This document shows, one piece after another, positions 24,601 to 36,109 of a stretch of DNA of 64,000 nt (the first letter of the stretch is position 1; each line of letters starts with the position of its first letter). This DNA is from Tubiluchus corallicola (Eukaryota > Animalia > Priapulida). The DNA is taken from positions 124,001-188,000 of the forward strand of contig JAQGDQ010000181.1 of NCBI GenBank assembly GCA_030141605.1, written 5' to 3'. Under the pieces are notes generated by a model. That model was not told the DNA's origin, made no database searches, and saw only the letters and a program-made list of their open reading frames with translations. Both the position numbers and the translations under genes were made by a program.

Positions 24601-27600
24601 CTCAGGTTGAGATAAAAATAATTACTCACTTTTATCTATAGTTGCACAAAAAGTGAGGGAAACAATGGGCACCATGTTAGTTGTAAGGCAAATTCTATAA
24701 TCTGCTGTTAGGCAAACAATGGGCGCCATTGTTGTACAATACAAAAACTGCATTCCATTGTTAGGCAAAAGCAGCCTTTGAGTGACACTTTTGAAACGTT
24801 GATCGATGTACAGACTAGCAATCTTTTTGTATCCCATGAGTGGCATTTAATTATGTGTACCAGTCCTTTTTTAATCTCTAATGGTGTTACAAGCTGACTA
24901 AAAAATCAATGTCACTTATTTTCTTTGTGTTGTTGTGGTTGCGTGTTTTTGAACTTGCAGAAGTTTGCAGCAAGAAATGCAAAATCTTATGTAGTAGTAT
25001 ATTGGACCTTTATTTTAATATTAAATATTGAAAGCCTGTGCTATTATTTTTATTGTTTTTATCAGATTACAGCTTGCGCTTCTTTTGATGTAAATTCGAT
25101 GTGTATTGTTAAATTGTGACTACTTACTGCATTGTTTAATGCCCAGGTGATATATATTATGAATAACTGATATATATGTATGCGTAATTGATGCTTCTTG
25201 AAATCCTTATTGATTGTTAAACTAGCGCGAGTGTTTTAATGCACTGACTCACTTGCACCTGCACTGTGGAGAGACTCCTGTCAGTTTTACCTAGAGCACA
25301 GAGCCGCGCTGTTTCAGCTGAACTCCAGGTGATTTATTTCTACAGTTGATCTAGCTGATAAAACCACAGCATCAGTTACGTCAGCTGCTCAGTGATGGGA
25401 GTCAAGCTAGCCGGTTGTAAAATTTTTCACTCTTGCGATAATCATGTGACACTACGAATCACTGATTGAAATATGGCAAACGTATCGCGAATTCGAGGTC
25501 ATATTGTACATGTGTTTGCAGAGATACTAAACTTCAGAAATGTTTTAGTGAGAAAGCTGGTCAATTCAAAATTAAATTCACAAATAGGCAATGTTAGATC
25601 AAACGTATGGACAACTTTGATGTTTTAGAACTGGTTCATTGGTAATCAAGACAAGCCTCGCCAAGAGTTGGATTTAAATTATATTTGCAATAAATCCATT
25701 GCTTTTTTATAATATTAAAAAATTGATCTCAATGCATTATTTGGATTTCTACATCAGCTTTTCTCTGTAGCAACATGAATTATTTAAAAAAATTGTCTCC
25801 ATAATTAACAGTTAACTAACAAGTTATCATTTATTTAAGTAACAAGAATTCGCAGCTTTAGCTTACTTAGCTGATTTATTTTTTAACCCAACTCAGCTGA
25901 AAAGTCTCTCAACTTCAGGCGAGCTAGCTGATTTACTGTGTGAGTCAGCTGATGTAGTAGCAACTGACTCAGCTTCAGCCTCTAGTTATAACTGTTTTGT
26001 TAATCCACATTAAATAAATAAAGATTTTTTTTCTTACATTATTGAGTACTTTTTAGCTTCTCCTTCCTCGCACTTCTTAGAACTGGCCTATTTTCTTTTA
26101 GATGCTGAATCAGCTGCCGCTATTGGTCGCCTAGATCAAGAATGTATTGTAGAGCATCTTATATGTACAAAACCCTTACAAACTAGGTAAGTTCTCTGCT
26201 GTGGGCTTTTTTAAATCTATATATCAATTTCGTGGGCCACAGTGACGGGCGTTTTCCCGGACCTAACCACACAAATTTTGCAAAAAACTGCTCAACCACC
26301 CTCTAAAAAAACTCAATTTGTGCAACTGTTTGGGCATGTTGGGAAAAAATAAGCACACTCACAGAAAGATGTCGAATGGTGTGGTTTGTTGTGGGTGGTG
26401 TGGTGTGGTGTTGTGGTATGGTGGGGTGTAGGTGGTGTGCTGTGAGTGAGGTGGTGGGTGGTTGTGTGGTGTGGTGTATTTTGAGTAGTGAGGCAGGTTG
26501 GCGTGGTGTGGCGTGGGTTGTTGTTGTGAGTTTGTGCGCAAAATTCTTTTGCTGGGTTTGGCTAGTGTTACATTAATATTTTAATACTTGACTAAGAGAA
26601 CAAGTGATATTATTTGTTTGATCCGGCATGAAATGCCTAGTTCCTGGTCATGTTATTACTGTTATTGTTGAACACCTCTTTAGAACACCATTTACCACTG
26701 CCTTGGATCTGTCTTTTCATAAATATTTAGAATATGCATTGTTTGCCTCATAATGAGTTTTGTAGCTGACTTAACACTGATGGAAATTTCATTTGTGAAA
26801 CGGAAGTCATGCCACAAGTGCCAGATATATATATAACATTTCACGTGAAATGTGCCGGATTCAATTACATTAGTGCTTTTATTCTAGTTGTTCAGTGTTC
26901 GCTATAGCTATCTCTTTGTACAAGTTTTATTTTTATGGCAAATTTGTCTACTTTAAGTGTGTTAAATCTCATCAGTACTTAATTGCTTGCTCATGGACCT
27001 CTGCTACAAATTAGCTGTTTAGTTTAAAACTGGGGGGAAACTTTATAAGGAAAATTTTGCATTTACTATGGTAAGTTGTTTTTTTTTGTATTTTTGCATT
27101 TTCATCGTTGTTTGTAATGTTTAGTAAGACTGAATGTGTTTTGATTACGTTTGCTATTTTTAATAATAGGATGCTCTGCTGGGTCACCATCATGGTGTTG
27201 TGTCATAAATTTTTTCATGTGTCTAATTGTCTATATACAATTTTTTTTGTTTTTATTAAATTTTACTTGAACATTCATTCCAGTCCTCCAAGTCCAATAT
27301 TAGGATTGAGTGTGGTTACGGACGTTTCTCTAGGATACACGCTGCTCTGCTTGACTTCTGCATACGAATGTGAGATTTTGCCGTTAAGGTAATGTGTTTA
27401 TGAAATCCTGCAAGAGAAGCTAAGTGTAGGAATATAGTCGCTTTAACTTTCTTACTTGGAATTAAAAACATTATTTAAGACACATGAATACTTATCGTAT
27501 TAACCCCCGACTCCCACATACATTTGCTTGCCAAATCCCAGTTGTTACTTTGCATTTTCGTGAATATGCAGATGCTTATATATAAACTTTATTTATTTTA

Positions 27601-30600
27601 AATGAATTGATGCACAGTAATATTACTGATTGGAGTTTCCACTGTGCAACAAATACATTTTAGCAGAGAATAGGTATATACAACTGGTTATCAAGAATAC
27701 AGTGTATATTCTTAGATAGTGTATATTGTGTCAAAAACACAACTAATTCATTAGTTAACACTTAAAATTGAAATATGCAAGATAGATACTTAATAGTATT
27801 GTATTGTAGATTTTTACATGTAATAATAAAATTTTTGATTTATTGTGAGTATTATACCATGCTAAATGAGCTATGAGCTATATTATTATTATTTAGGCTG
27901 TCACAGGCTCGCATGGTAGCATAGCAATGGTTTTTGATGGTGTTATGCCATCATTTTTGTACTTTACTTAATTTAATTTTATTTTATTTTATTTTAATTT
28001 ATTTTATTTATTTTACTTTAATTAAACAGCCAAAATTTTTATTGGCATTTATAGATAGCAATCATAAGCTCACTTGTGGTACTGTAAAAAAAGTAAAAAA
28101 TTCATGAATTTTCTTGTGTAAAAATGTTGTAATCTACTGCAAAAGCTAAGCAAACACATTTACTTGATGTTAGTTTACGTGGTTTTTTGGCTGCTGCATT
28201 AATGCATGTGCACTATCAAAGATGCATCGATGCATCATCAAGTGAAATGGACAAGCTACTGAAAAATAGTTACGGGTGAGATTAGCATTTATTAGCTAGT
28301 GTTTGCTTTATTTGCTAATGCTCAAATATCTCAAATTGTGACTAACAAAGACTGGTTACACTTTTTTTAGGTTGACGGTTCATGTAACAAGTGAACAGCC
28401 ATTACTCTCAGCTTCTGATAATGAGAAACAAGAGTCTCCTTTAAGGCAGATGCGCTCAAAGTCTTTTGACGAACACATACGGAAAATGTTGGAGAAGCGG
28501 ACGACTAATCCCATTCTTCGGTTTGAATTGGTTTTATTTACTTCTCTGCAGATTGGTGTAATCATGTTGATGAGAGGTTTTATCACAAGCAAAAAGCAAA
28601 GTGCTAGAGGGCAAAAAGAGAGGATAGCGTGAGACACAGAATAATGAGTGTGTGTGAGAAAGAGAAAGGGAAGGAAAGAGACAGGTGTACAGGGGAGACA
28701 ACCATTTAGCATAATGTGGATAGGGAGACAACCATGGAGACGAGAGATAGATAAACAGAGAGTGAGAGAGAAACAGAGGAGAGACAGGGAGGCAGGAAGC
28801 TCGAGATATAGACGGGAAGAAGGAGAGATGAAAGAGAAAGAGAGACAGGGAAAGAGTGCTGTTATCCCACAAGCTATCAAGTGAAACAATGCACATGACA
28901 CTGTAAAAATACCCTACCATTGCCAGTCTTGACAAGTTTTGTTGTGCTTGTCTTGACTAGTGGATACCAATTTCTGCACTATTTTTTTGTGACTTGGTTC
29001 TTGTTTTGCAATAAATATTCAATTTGTGTTTATTTCTTTAATCAGTTTTACCAGAAGAGAGCAAATTTTGTCTTACAGAGGTGCAGAGCAACCTGATATG
29101 AAACCATCAGAATACTTCCGACTGCTTAGCCGTACCACACAGGTACTGAGAGAGGAACACGTTCTCAAACACAAGCAGGTTGTAGCAGAAATTGAACAAA
29201 GGTACTCTTGCTTTGTGATAAACATTTCTACTATCAATGTTGAAAATGGTAATTAGTTGTGAGAAAAAACTTTAGGAAGGATATTCATTTTGCAAGACTT
29301 ATTATCTTTTCAAAACAGCAGGTGAGAGCTTTATACGAGTTTGTGTAGTAGACACTATTTTTGTGCCCATTTTTATGTTTTCTTGAGTAAGCCGAGTTTG
29401 GTTCGTCAATTTCTTTATATAAACATTTCTATTGCCGACGTTGAAAATAGTAATTGTTCTATTAAAGTTTAGGAAAGCATTCATTTTGGTAGAATTATAG
29501 GCAGCCGTCGACTTACGACCACTATTGGTTCCGGCGAACTGTAGGCAAGTCAGATCATATGTTCAAGTGGTGTGCCCCTACGCATGTCTTGTAAGTGTAT
29601 GCACCCTAAGTATGGCGGCACCTTCTACAGCAGTAATACAAAATTAATTTGATTAAAAAAAAGGAAAATATAAGTTGTTATTAGTTTTGTATAATTAATT
29701 AATTAAGTTGTTGTCGGTTCATGAAGTTCAACCCTCGTAAGTCAACGACTACCTCTCCTCTATTTCCTTTTCAAAACGGCAAGGAGGGGGTTTTATTCAA
29801 GCGAGTTCGTCCTTTTTTCACGACTAACCCTAAATGTGCTTTATTAATTTCTTCTTTTCTTTGGGATGTTATTGTTGCTTGACCAATTCTACGTCTGTGG
29901 CAATAATTCTTAGCAATAAAAAACTTTAAGTTTTTGTATCTATGCTTGCAGAGTTAAAGCTCAACGAGAGCTTGAAGCTCAACAAATTCGAGATATGGAT
30001 GACATACAGCGGAAGAAACAAGAAATAGAGGAACAAGCTGGACGACTGGCAGAAAGATATGAAGATATTAAAGATAATATGGATAATTATATCATTCAGT
30101 AGGCTACATTTAATAGATTTATAATCTAGAATGAGTTATTAAGCATAATTCCTTAAGCAGAGTACACCTCGTGAAATACAGCTTGCAAAAAAAGTGAACG
30201 CATAACAAGTATTAGTTCAAATGTGCACATGATAAAGTTAAAGCAAAACCGGATCCAATCTTAAAGTGCAGATCAAAACAATCTACTCTTTAAAATATAA
30301 AAAGGAAACATACTATTTTTTCAAAAATGACTTACGTGAAAGAATTATTACTACGCAAACACAATTTCAAGTTAGTGTCGCTAGTTCGCTGTTACATGCA
30401 TTTCACTATTCGCTAGTTAAACGGGCACTAGCGCTTCCATTTTGGAAACACATTGCACAAAAAGCAGGTGCTGTACCTCTCATTTCAGATGTATTAGTTT
30501 GTGATGAATTACACACATTCGACAGCTTGTGCATGAGCACAGCAGTAAATTTAAAATTTAAATTTTTTATCTTAAAACTTGCCTAGTTTTAGTACAAGAT

Positions 30601-33600
30601 GCTGAATATCTTACAGTAGCACTGCACTTCAATTTTCTTTCTCACAAATGTGCAACATGCTCGTGTAATATTTTTGCTGTTGAAAATTATGTCAGTTTAT
30701 TATGTGTCATCAATTGTTGGGCTTGCCTGCCATTAATTAAGTTTTTAATCTGTTGTTTAATTATCAGAAATGCTTTTGCAGTATTAATTGCATTAAAATG
30801 TATACTTCTTATCGGACTATGGGGTAATATATGAGAAACCATCCTTTCTTCCTTTAAGGAAAAGGAAACCCTGCGAGAAGATACGTGTAAAACATATTGT
30901 GAGTTTTATTCACGTGTGGCCTATATGAAAAGACTTTTAAATAGTAGTAATAAGATCTTGGCGTATAATTAGATTTTCTTATTTGATTTTTTAATGATGG
31001 TTTATTGTGTTTATAGCATATTTTTTAACAGTAGGTTATATCAGTATTGCACTCTGTATGATCTTGTATATTTTTTATCATTTTTTGCCTACATCTAATG
31101 CCTTTTAATTACAAATGCAATTTTACTCAGTTTTTTAACTACAATTTTTGTACGCAAATAAACCTTCTATCTATCTGTCTGTTTATTGGGCAAGCTAAGA
31201 ACGATAAAGAAAATCTAAAACTACTAAATGGAATGAAATGGCACTTTAATAACATTAATTATAAAAAAGTTGATGTTGCCTGCCATTTTGATTATTTTTT
31301 AAATGGTACATTAATAAGCAAATAATCTACAATATAATAATATATAATCAATGAAAATACTATTAACATTTTTGTACTGACTTGTTGAATATTTCTTTTG
31401 TTTTTTATAGTGCAGAACGAATTTTACAGAAGCTGCAATCCCGCATTCCAGTGTTATCTGACTCTGAGAAAGAAATGTCAAAAGAATTGAAAGTTATTGA
31501 AAAGAAACTTGAACAGTTCAGAACAAGTCTTGATCAGGTATAATCAAAAAAACTCCTTTGATTTGGGCATTTTGCAAGAATGAGTTATTAGGCAGAATCA
31601 TTCAATGAAGATGTCGACAATATAAATACTTCTGTTTCCATCTAAGCGCCCGGATAATATTTTTTATCACACACCAAGCCGGGACTTTTATAATTTTTTG
31701 TGTGTTCATACACTCACCTGAAGCTGTCTTACAGAAGCGTATTTTTTAATTTAAAACTTACAAAGCAATAATTATTATAACATTGAATCGGTGAGGATGC
31801 AGCCATGTTTTTGTTAGAGCTAACTTTCGGCCAGGGTTGCCGTTTTGTACGATGTTGATTGTCAAACTGGAGGCTAAAAAGTATCGTATTTTCTGCCAAA
31901 TCAGCATATTAATGGCTAAGTAGTGTTGCCACTTGTACCATAATTATTAGAGCATACATTCATACCATACGAGAAAAAGAGATAGCCGATAATTAGTAAT
32001 TATAATGTAATTTAGTTTTGCTAAAAAAAGTGAAAAGGTGTACATTGAAAAAATTTAATACATTACTGCTAACCAGTGTGAAATAAACAAACTTTGATTT
32101 CAATTCATTTTAACTATTCCACGATTCAGCTTTAAACATTCACAAAGCTTTAAAAAAAATTTTCTTCCCTCCCTACTGACATCTTTTGAACTCATGAGGT
32201 AAGATAGAAACAAATTTTCCTTGGCCTGCCTAATAAATCGTAATAACTGCAACGTGTCGAAACTATTATTATTGTTCAATCTCAACCCACCTGTCGCAAA
32301 CCTTGTAATATGTGATTTTGACTTTGAAAATTATTAACAATGTGACTTTTGGATAGGAACATTTTGGTCATGCAGTCAGGCTGTAACGGTCAGCACATCT
32401 AAATCAGCTGTGAGGCACGAAATTCGTTAGCAGTATGAAAAGCATTTCTGAATCTTTCTGTTAATTGTTGATTACTGATCATAGTTCTGTTAACTGGTGT
32501 TTGTCTCGCGTCAACTCTGCCTTTTATTCCTTATCTACTGGAGCTAGTATCATTAAAGTGTGATATATGATTGCTAATTTAAGTGATAAGGTCTGAAATT
32601 ATTAATTTTTGCTGTTTTTACCAGTGATTATTTATTATGCAGTAATAACTGTCCAGATTTTGTATCTTGATTTGCCTAATGACTCAAACAAACTCTTCCC
32701 ACAGACAAATTTTTGCAGGAAGTAATTGCACACATTACATCAGGAACATGTCTGTCTTTACAGCCCATCATTGTCTTTCAAGCACAATACCCAGAATCAT
32801 GTCTATACTCTCAAAATTATTACAGTCAAACCTCTTTATACAGCCAACTTTGGGACTGGAAGATTTTTTGGTATTATAACAGGTTTGGCAATATAATGAG
32901 GTGTATTAATACATACATGTGTAGGCAAATATAGACATTTTGTTTTGCTAAAAGTATGGGCATCAAGCGAAGTTGTCATTGTAAAGGGGGGCGGAGTTAT
33001 AACAGGCTTTAAATTTTTGCAACATTGCAGAACTCGGTTATCAAGTGCTGTATCTCATTACAGTTGCTGAATATCAATTTTACTTCTTTTTCTAATATTT
33101 TATTTAAAAAATGAAAACCGTTCATGGAAACACGTATCTTGTAAAACATGTGTGATTGTCTTGTTCTTTTAAAAAGCTGCACACAACTATAACTCATGTG
33201 GTTTGTTTAATTTTCAAACATAAGTTTAGACTCATTTTAATTTCTTTCATTCATGTATCTTGTAACAGTGTGTAATAGTGCTTGTTGCGGTTCTACCTTG
33301 CTTATTCTTTTAAAAAATTTTATACCTTGTAATTTTATGCTGTGCTGTTACTTAAGTTTTTGGTTGTGACAATGATATGTAAACTTATTACTTATTATAT
33401 AAATTTTATCTTGAAGTGCCAGTGATGTAATTTTATTATGTTTAACATGAACAACTTTTCATTGTTTAGCTGCGGAAAAAGCAGCAATATCAGCAGCGAA
33501 ATGTCGATGAAAAAAATAACCAGGAGGAGGAGAGAGTCACACTGACCAAAGATCAAGTTGGAAAGCTTCATTCCGTGCTGAGCAATGAGTAAGTGTACAT

Positions 33601-34113
33601 TATGAATAATAGTGAATATTATACATCAAAGTAACTTGAAGAAAATCTTGTTTTTGACAACTTCACAGAGCTGACATTTATAGTAATTTGAAGGTAAATA
33701 ATACTGGAGATTGTACCGCTGTGGGGCTGTAAGGTATAAATTAACTGCTGTCTATTAACCACTTTTTTTCTGCATATCAGTCTCTCTGGGTGAATCATAC
33801 CCACTCATAAATAAGGGAAAAATACTACTGCATGGTGGTTATAAGTATGCCATACCATTACCAACTTTGACATGACCTGCATAAGTGCTGCGTGAAAACA
33901 CCTGTACGACCACCAAACTGAGGAAAAATAATCACCGATGTGTTTTGTTGTGTTTTGTAATGCAATAAAAACTGATTATGATTTTAATCAGCTCTCACAT
34001 CTGCTGTTGTTTATAATAACTGTCTTTCTTTCTTTCTTTCTTCCTTTAGGGGTGAAGAGATAACAAACCTCATCCAAAGAATCAAAGATCTTCAGTCTAA
34101 TTTGAATTTGTGA
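15381..34113 (+). CDS. NUP88: Nuclear pore complex protein Nup88 (15 coding exons, 2178 nt, about 725 aa)
   Basis: Motifs [98 protein letters not shown] and a C-terminal coiled coil. The exons join in continuous phase to TGA at 34111-34113. Confidence 0.96.
16276..16445 (+). CDS. NUP88: NUP88 exon 2
   Basis: ttttcag|YLVCTTVPNFEV...[22 protein letters not shown]|gtatgt. Confidence 0.93.
16501..17149. mobile_element. Non-autonomous DNA transposon (MITE) with imperfect TIRs of about 39 bp
   Basis: ATTTGTGTGCTTGCATACCAAAAACGTCCATAATTCGGC vs the reverse complement of GCTGACTTATGGATGATTTTGCTATGCAATCACACATTT. Confidence 0.7.
18097..18735 (+). mobile_element. 5'-truncated RTE-clade LINE (ORF2 C-terminus, C2H2 finger, (GAC)n tail)
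   Basis: GCETWTL...RLRWAGHVARMDENRLPRRILFSEL...RPLGRPRRRYKD...CDKC...HQRAH; flanked by AAATAAAATT at 18087-18096 and 18736-18745 (TSD). Confidence 0.92.
19372..19497 (+). CDS. NUP88: NUP88 exon 3
   Basis: TKPIGERLF...[24 protein letters not shown]/GT flanks. Confidence 0.92.
20925..21140. mobile_element. Inverted pair of Penelope-like terminal-repeat fragments (fold-back)
   Basis: Arms of about 95 bp (caactttattaaa...catagttaaa...catgtcaaacgtttcgacagagcta and its reverse complement) around a spacer of about 30 nt. Confidence 0.7.
20986..21032 (-). ncRNA. Penelope-type minimal type I hammerhead ribozyme motif
   Basis: The - strand reads UGCCA-CUGAUGA-U-GACA(loop)UGUC-GAAA-CG-UU-UGACA: conserved core, 4-bp stem II, palindromic ACGU stem III, stem I with 4 of 5 pairs. 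Confidence 0.65.
21418..21663 (+). CDS. NUP88: NUP88 exon 4
   Basis: LYNFTRPD...[12 protein letters not shown]...WPVYILFGNGDVY. Confidence 0.9.
22060..22665 (-). mobile_element. L2-clade LINE ORF2 3' fragment interrupted by a CR1 insertion
   Basis: LVTYKAINGFARTYISDFL...RALRFSS...SNL / DIVRTKLVTCYDKSFSAAA..LWNS...FKKNLKTH; the reading frame rejoins across the insertion. Confidence 0.8.
22230..22539 (+). mobile_element. CR1-like LINE 3' end with (TAA)n tail
   Basis: Frameshifted NVWN.LPFEVVNAPNLTTFK; (TAA)n tail; 7-bp TSD AAGATTA at 22223-22229 and 22540-22546. Confidence 0.8.
22671..22848 (+). CDS. NUP88: NUP88 exon 5
   Basis: [25 protein letters not shown]...LYHCVLL; donor gtacgt. Confidence 0.9.
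23970..24132 (+). CDS. NUP88: NUP88 exon 6
   Basis: SPEESS...IYVYEKVELELSL...FTCPILLHK. Confidence 0.88.
24254..24352 (+). CDS. NUP88: NUP88 exon 7
   Basis: [24 protein letters not shown]. Confidence 0.92.
26102..26186 (+). CDS. NUP88: NUP88 exon 8
   Basis: [14 protein letters not shown]; donor gtaagt. Confidence 0.9.
26378..26535. repeat. (GTGGT)n degenerate microsatellite
   Basis: gtggtgtggtgtggtg runs. Confidence 0.85.
27284..27388 (+). CDS. NUP88: NUP88 exon 9
   Basis: PPSPILGLSVVTDVSLGYTLLCLTSAYECEILPL. Confidence 0.9.
28371..28520 (+). CDS. NUP88: NUP88 exon 10
   Basis: ESPLRQM...SFDEHIRKMLEKRTTNPIL. Confidence 0.88.
28610..28860. repeat. GA-rich low-complexity tract
   Basis: gagagagaaacagaggagagacagggag. 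Confidence 0.8.
29079..29201 (+). CDS. NUP88: NUP88 exon 11
   Basis: [23 protein letters not shown]. Confidence 0.9.
29498..29755. mobile_element. Tigger/pogo-like MITE
   Basis: TIRs AGGCAGCCGTCGACTTACGA ... TCGTAAGTCAACGACTACCT. Confidence 0.7.
29952..30098 (+). CDS. NUP88: NUP88 exon 12
   Basis: Coiled coil ...AGRLAERYEDIKD; phase 2-2. Confidence 0.88.
31411..31537 (+). CDS. NUP88: NUP88 exon 13
   Basis: [20 protein letters not shown]. Confidence 0.9.
33470..33588 (+). CDS. NUP88: NUP88 exon 14
   Basis: LRKKQQYQQ...LTKDQVGKLHSVL; donor gtaagt. Confidence 0.88.
34050..34113 (+). CDS. NUP88: NUP88 terminal coding exon 15
   Basis: Strong polypyrimidine acceptor; GEEITNLIQRIKDLQSNLNL*. Confidence 0.9.
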
Positions 34114-35276
34114 TGATACTGTGATCCTGAATGTCCTGGTAGTTTTAAACAGATCAAGAATGCTATCAGTAACTTGCTAAGTAGAAAGCTTGGTTCTACC
34201 AGTTTTGATGTTGTTGCTACTAGAGTCAGATGATTGCAGTTTTTTTCTATTGTCTTCGACTTTACATAACAGTTTACAATATCATTTCAGCAAGAAATGA
34301 GCTTCCGAATTAGAGAAAAAAATTCTTCAAATTGTGAAAAAATTTCCTCGGCAAAGTTCATTTGGCAATAAAATTTGAACTTTCGCTACTCAAGGCCTTC
34401 ACCATGGCTCTGTGACTGCAGCTTTTCACGGGACGTGTGAAAATTTGTGTTTTCAGCTTCAAAATATCTCACTGTTACATGAGAGTATGATCATAAAGGG
34501 CGGATCATTAATACATCTCACAGGAAGAAAATAGAAATTTTTAGTAACTGTGCACACTCAGCTGATGATTCCTTGATCCTGTGATGGTACGTCTTCAAGC
34601 ATAGTCACTCGTCAGTGTAAGATAGACTAATCACACAATATTAGAGGCAAATTACAACGTCTTGTTTTTTATAATAAAAGCACCGTGCTGGTGTGCCATA
34701 TAGACTGGTGATAAAAATGAACAATTAATGGCAATAGTCTCTGTTAATAAATAATTAAAGATCATTCAGAGTTATTCACAATAAGTGAGAATACAGTTAG
34801 TATTTTGTATTCTGAATGACCTAAAGGTGTTAGCCTAATGTGCACCACAGTATGTAGTTACTATTTAATAAATAGGTCGAAGTGTTTCTGTCGGAACAGT
34901 GCTTTTGAGAAGTGTAAAATTGGTTATCGGTGTTGTATGTAGTGCCAAACTGCACACAAGTTAATTCAGTCTGGATGGCACATCGTAAATTTGTTTCATG
35001 CATTAGTGTTAACTGCAATTTAAAAGTATACCCGACTCCTGACGAAAATATTGAGGAGGAAGCTTTGTTAGCAATGCTGTGGATTCGTTTATGGCAGATG
35101 CTGCTTGTACTATGAGATATGCTATCCCATCATCATTAGCGTTGCTGAACCTTGAGCTGTGGTGCAAAAATGGTAAACCTGGTCTGTATATCAGTCTCAA
35201 CTTGCTCGAATCCTATGTTATTCTGCTGTTTACACATAAATAGTTATTCCGTATACACCTAGTATATTTGTATCTA

Positions 35277-35414
35277 GTATGTGACATTATCGGAACAGAT
35301 AAAGAATGACATTGTTGCTGTTGTATGTGACATTATCGGAACAGATTAAGAATGACATTGTTACTGTTGTATGTGACATTATCGGAACAGATAAAGAACG
35401 ACATTGTTACTGTT
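35277..35414. repeat. 46-bp tandem repeat x3
   Basis: GTATGTGACATTATCGGAACAGATAAAGAATGACATTGTT(G/A)CTGTT at 35277, 35323 and 35369. Confidence 0.95.
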
Positions 35415-36103
35415 ATCTTTACACAAAACCTACTTTCGTGTAATCCATTGCAACGCGAGTTGTAACATTCTGTACTCCCATTTTATGGGAACCAAAAAAT
35501 ACAATTATTATTGTCTTAGATGAGCTGTAACTGTGTGCATCACACTGTACTTTTATTAATAATGCAATTTTATTTTTGTATGGTACAGTTTATCTACTCC
35601 TGTATTATCGATTTGAGGTATATTATGTGTGTGATACAAAGGATGTAATAATTATTGTCTATCTTTGTCTTGTTGAAAAGTACTTTTGCTATTACAATAA
35701 ACAAAGTGACTGTACACTTTCTTTTCTCATACACTGTTTAGCAGAAACATTGCTGACTACATTTTATCTTGAACTGGGGGTGAGGGAAACTACTGAATAG
35801 GTAAGGCATGCGCTGTGGAAATTATGTAGCTATGGAAGTTAAGCAATATCGAATCTGATCAATGTATGGGCAATTGCATGAGTGTGGTCAGTGCCTCACC
35901 TTAGGCTTAGAAGATTGATTTTCATAATTGGTTTGTTTTCTCTTTCAACAAGAAACATTCGGGGGGAAATACAATTTATATTCTTTAAGCGTGAGTTACA
36001 CTTTGAGATATACTCACATTGCCACATTCATGCACATTTTTTAAACTGCTTTATTCCATTGATAATACACTAGTATCATTTTTAGCTGTTGCAATTCAAA
36101 CAA

Positions 36104-36109
36104 TTTATT
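36104..36109 (-). terminator. Candidate polyadenylation signal AATAAA of cyclin G (3'UTR about 2.2 kb)
   Basis: tttatt on the + strand at the end of a repeat-free, U/UG-rich (- strand) stretch downstream of the stop codon. Confidence 0.45.

Noticed and set aside
26238-26244. CACAGTG (RSS heptamer / Transib terminus)
   Set aside because: No matching inverted terminus, nonamer or TSD identified
23250-26735. Similar segments of about 60 bp in NUP88 introns 5 (about 23250-23310) and 8 (about 26673-26733) as paralogous snoRNAs
   Set aside because: No C/D or H/ACA boxes in correct positions; more likely fragments of a dispersed repeat
26775-26812. Hammerhead-like CUGAUGG...GAAACGGAAGUC on the + strand
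   Set aside because: The conserved A9 is G, stem II does not abut GAAA and no stem I can form
28380-28935. Long overlapping ORFs (173 and 133 aa) on the - strand
   Set aside because: Produced by the GA-rich tract plus the antisense of NUP88 exon 10
35277-35414. CRISPR-like appearance of regular repeats
   Set aside because: No unique spacers, no cas genes, eukaryotic context; it is a simple tandem repeat
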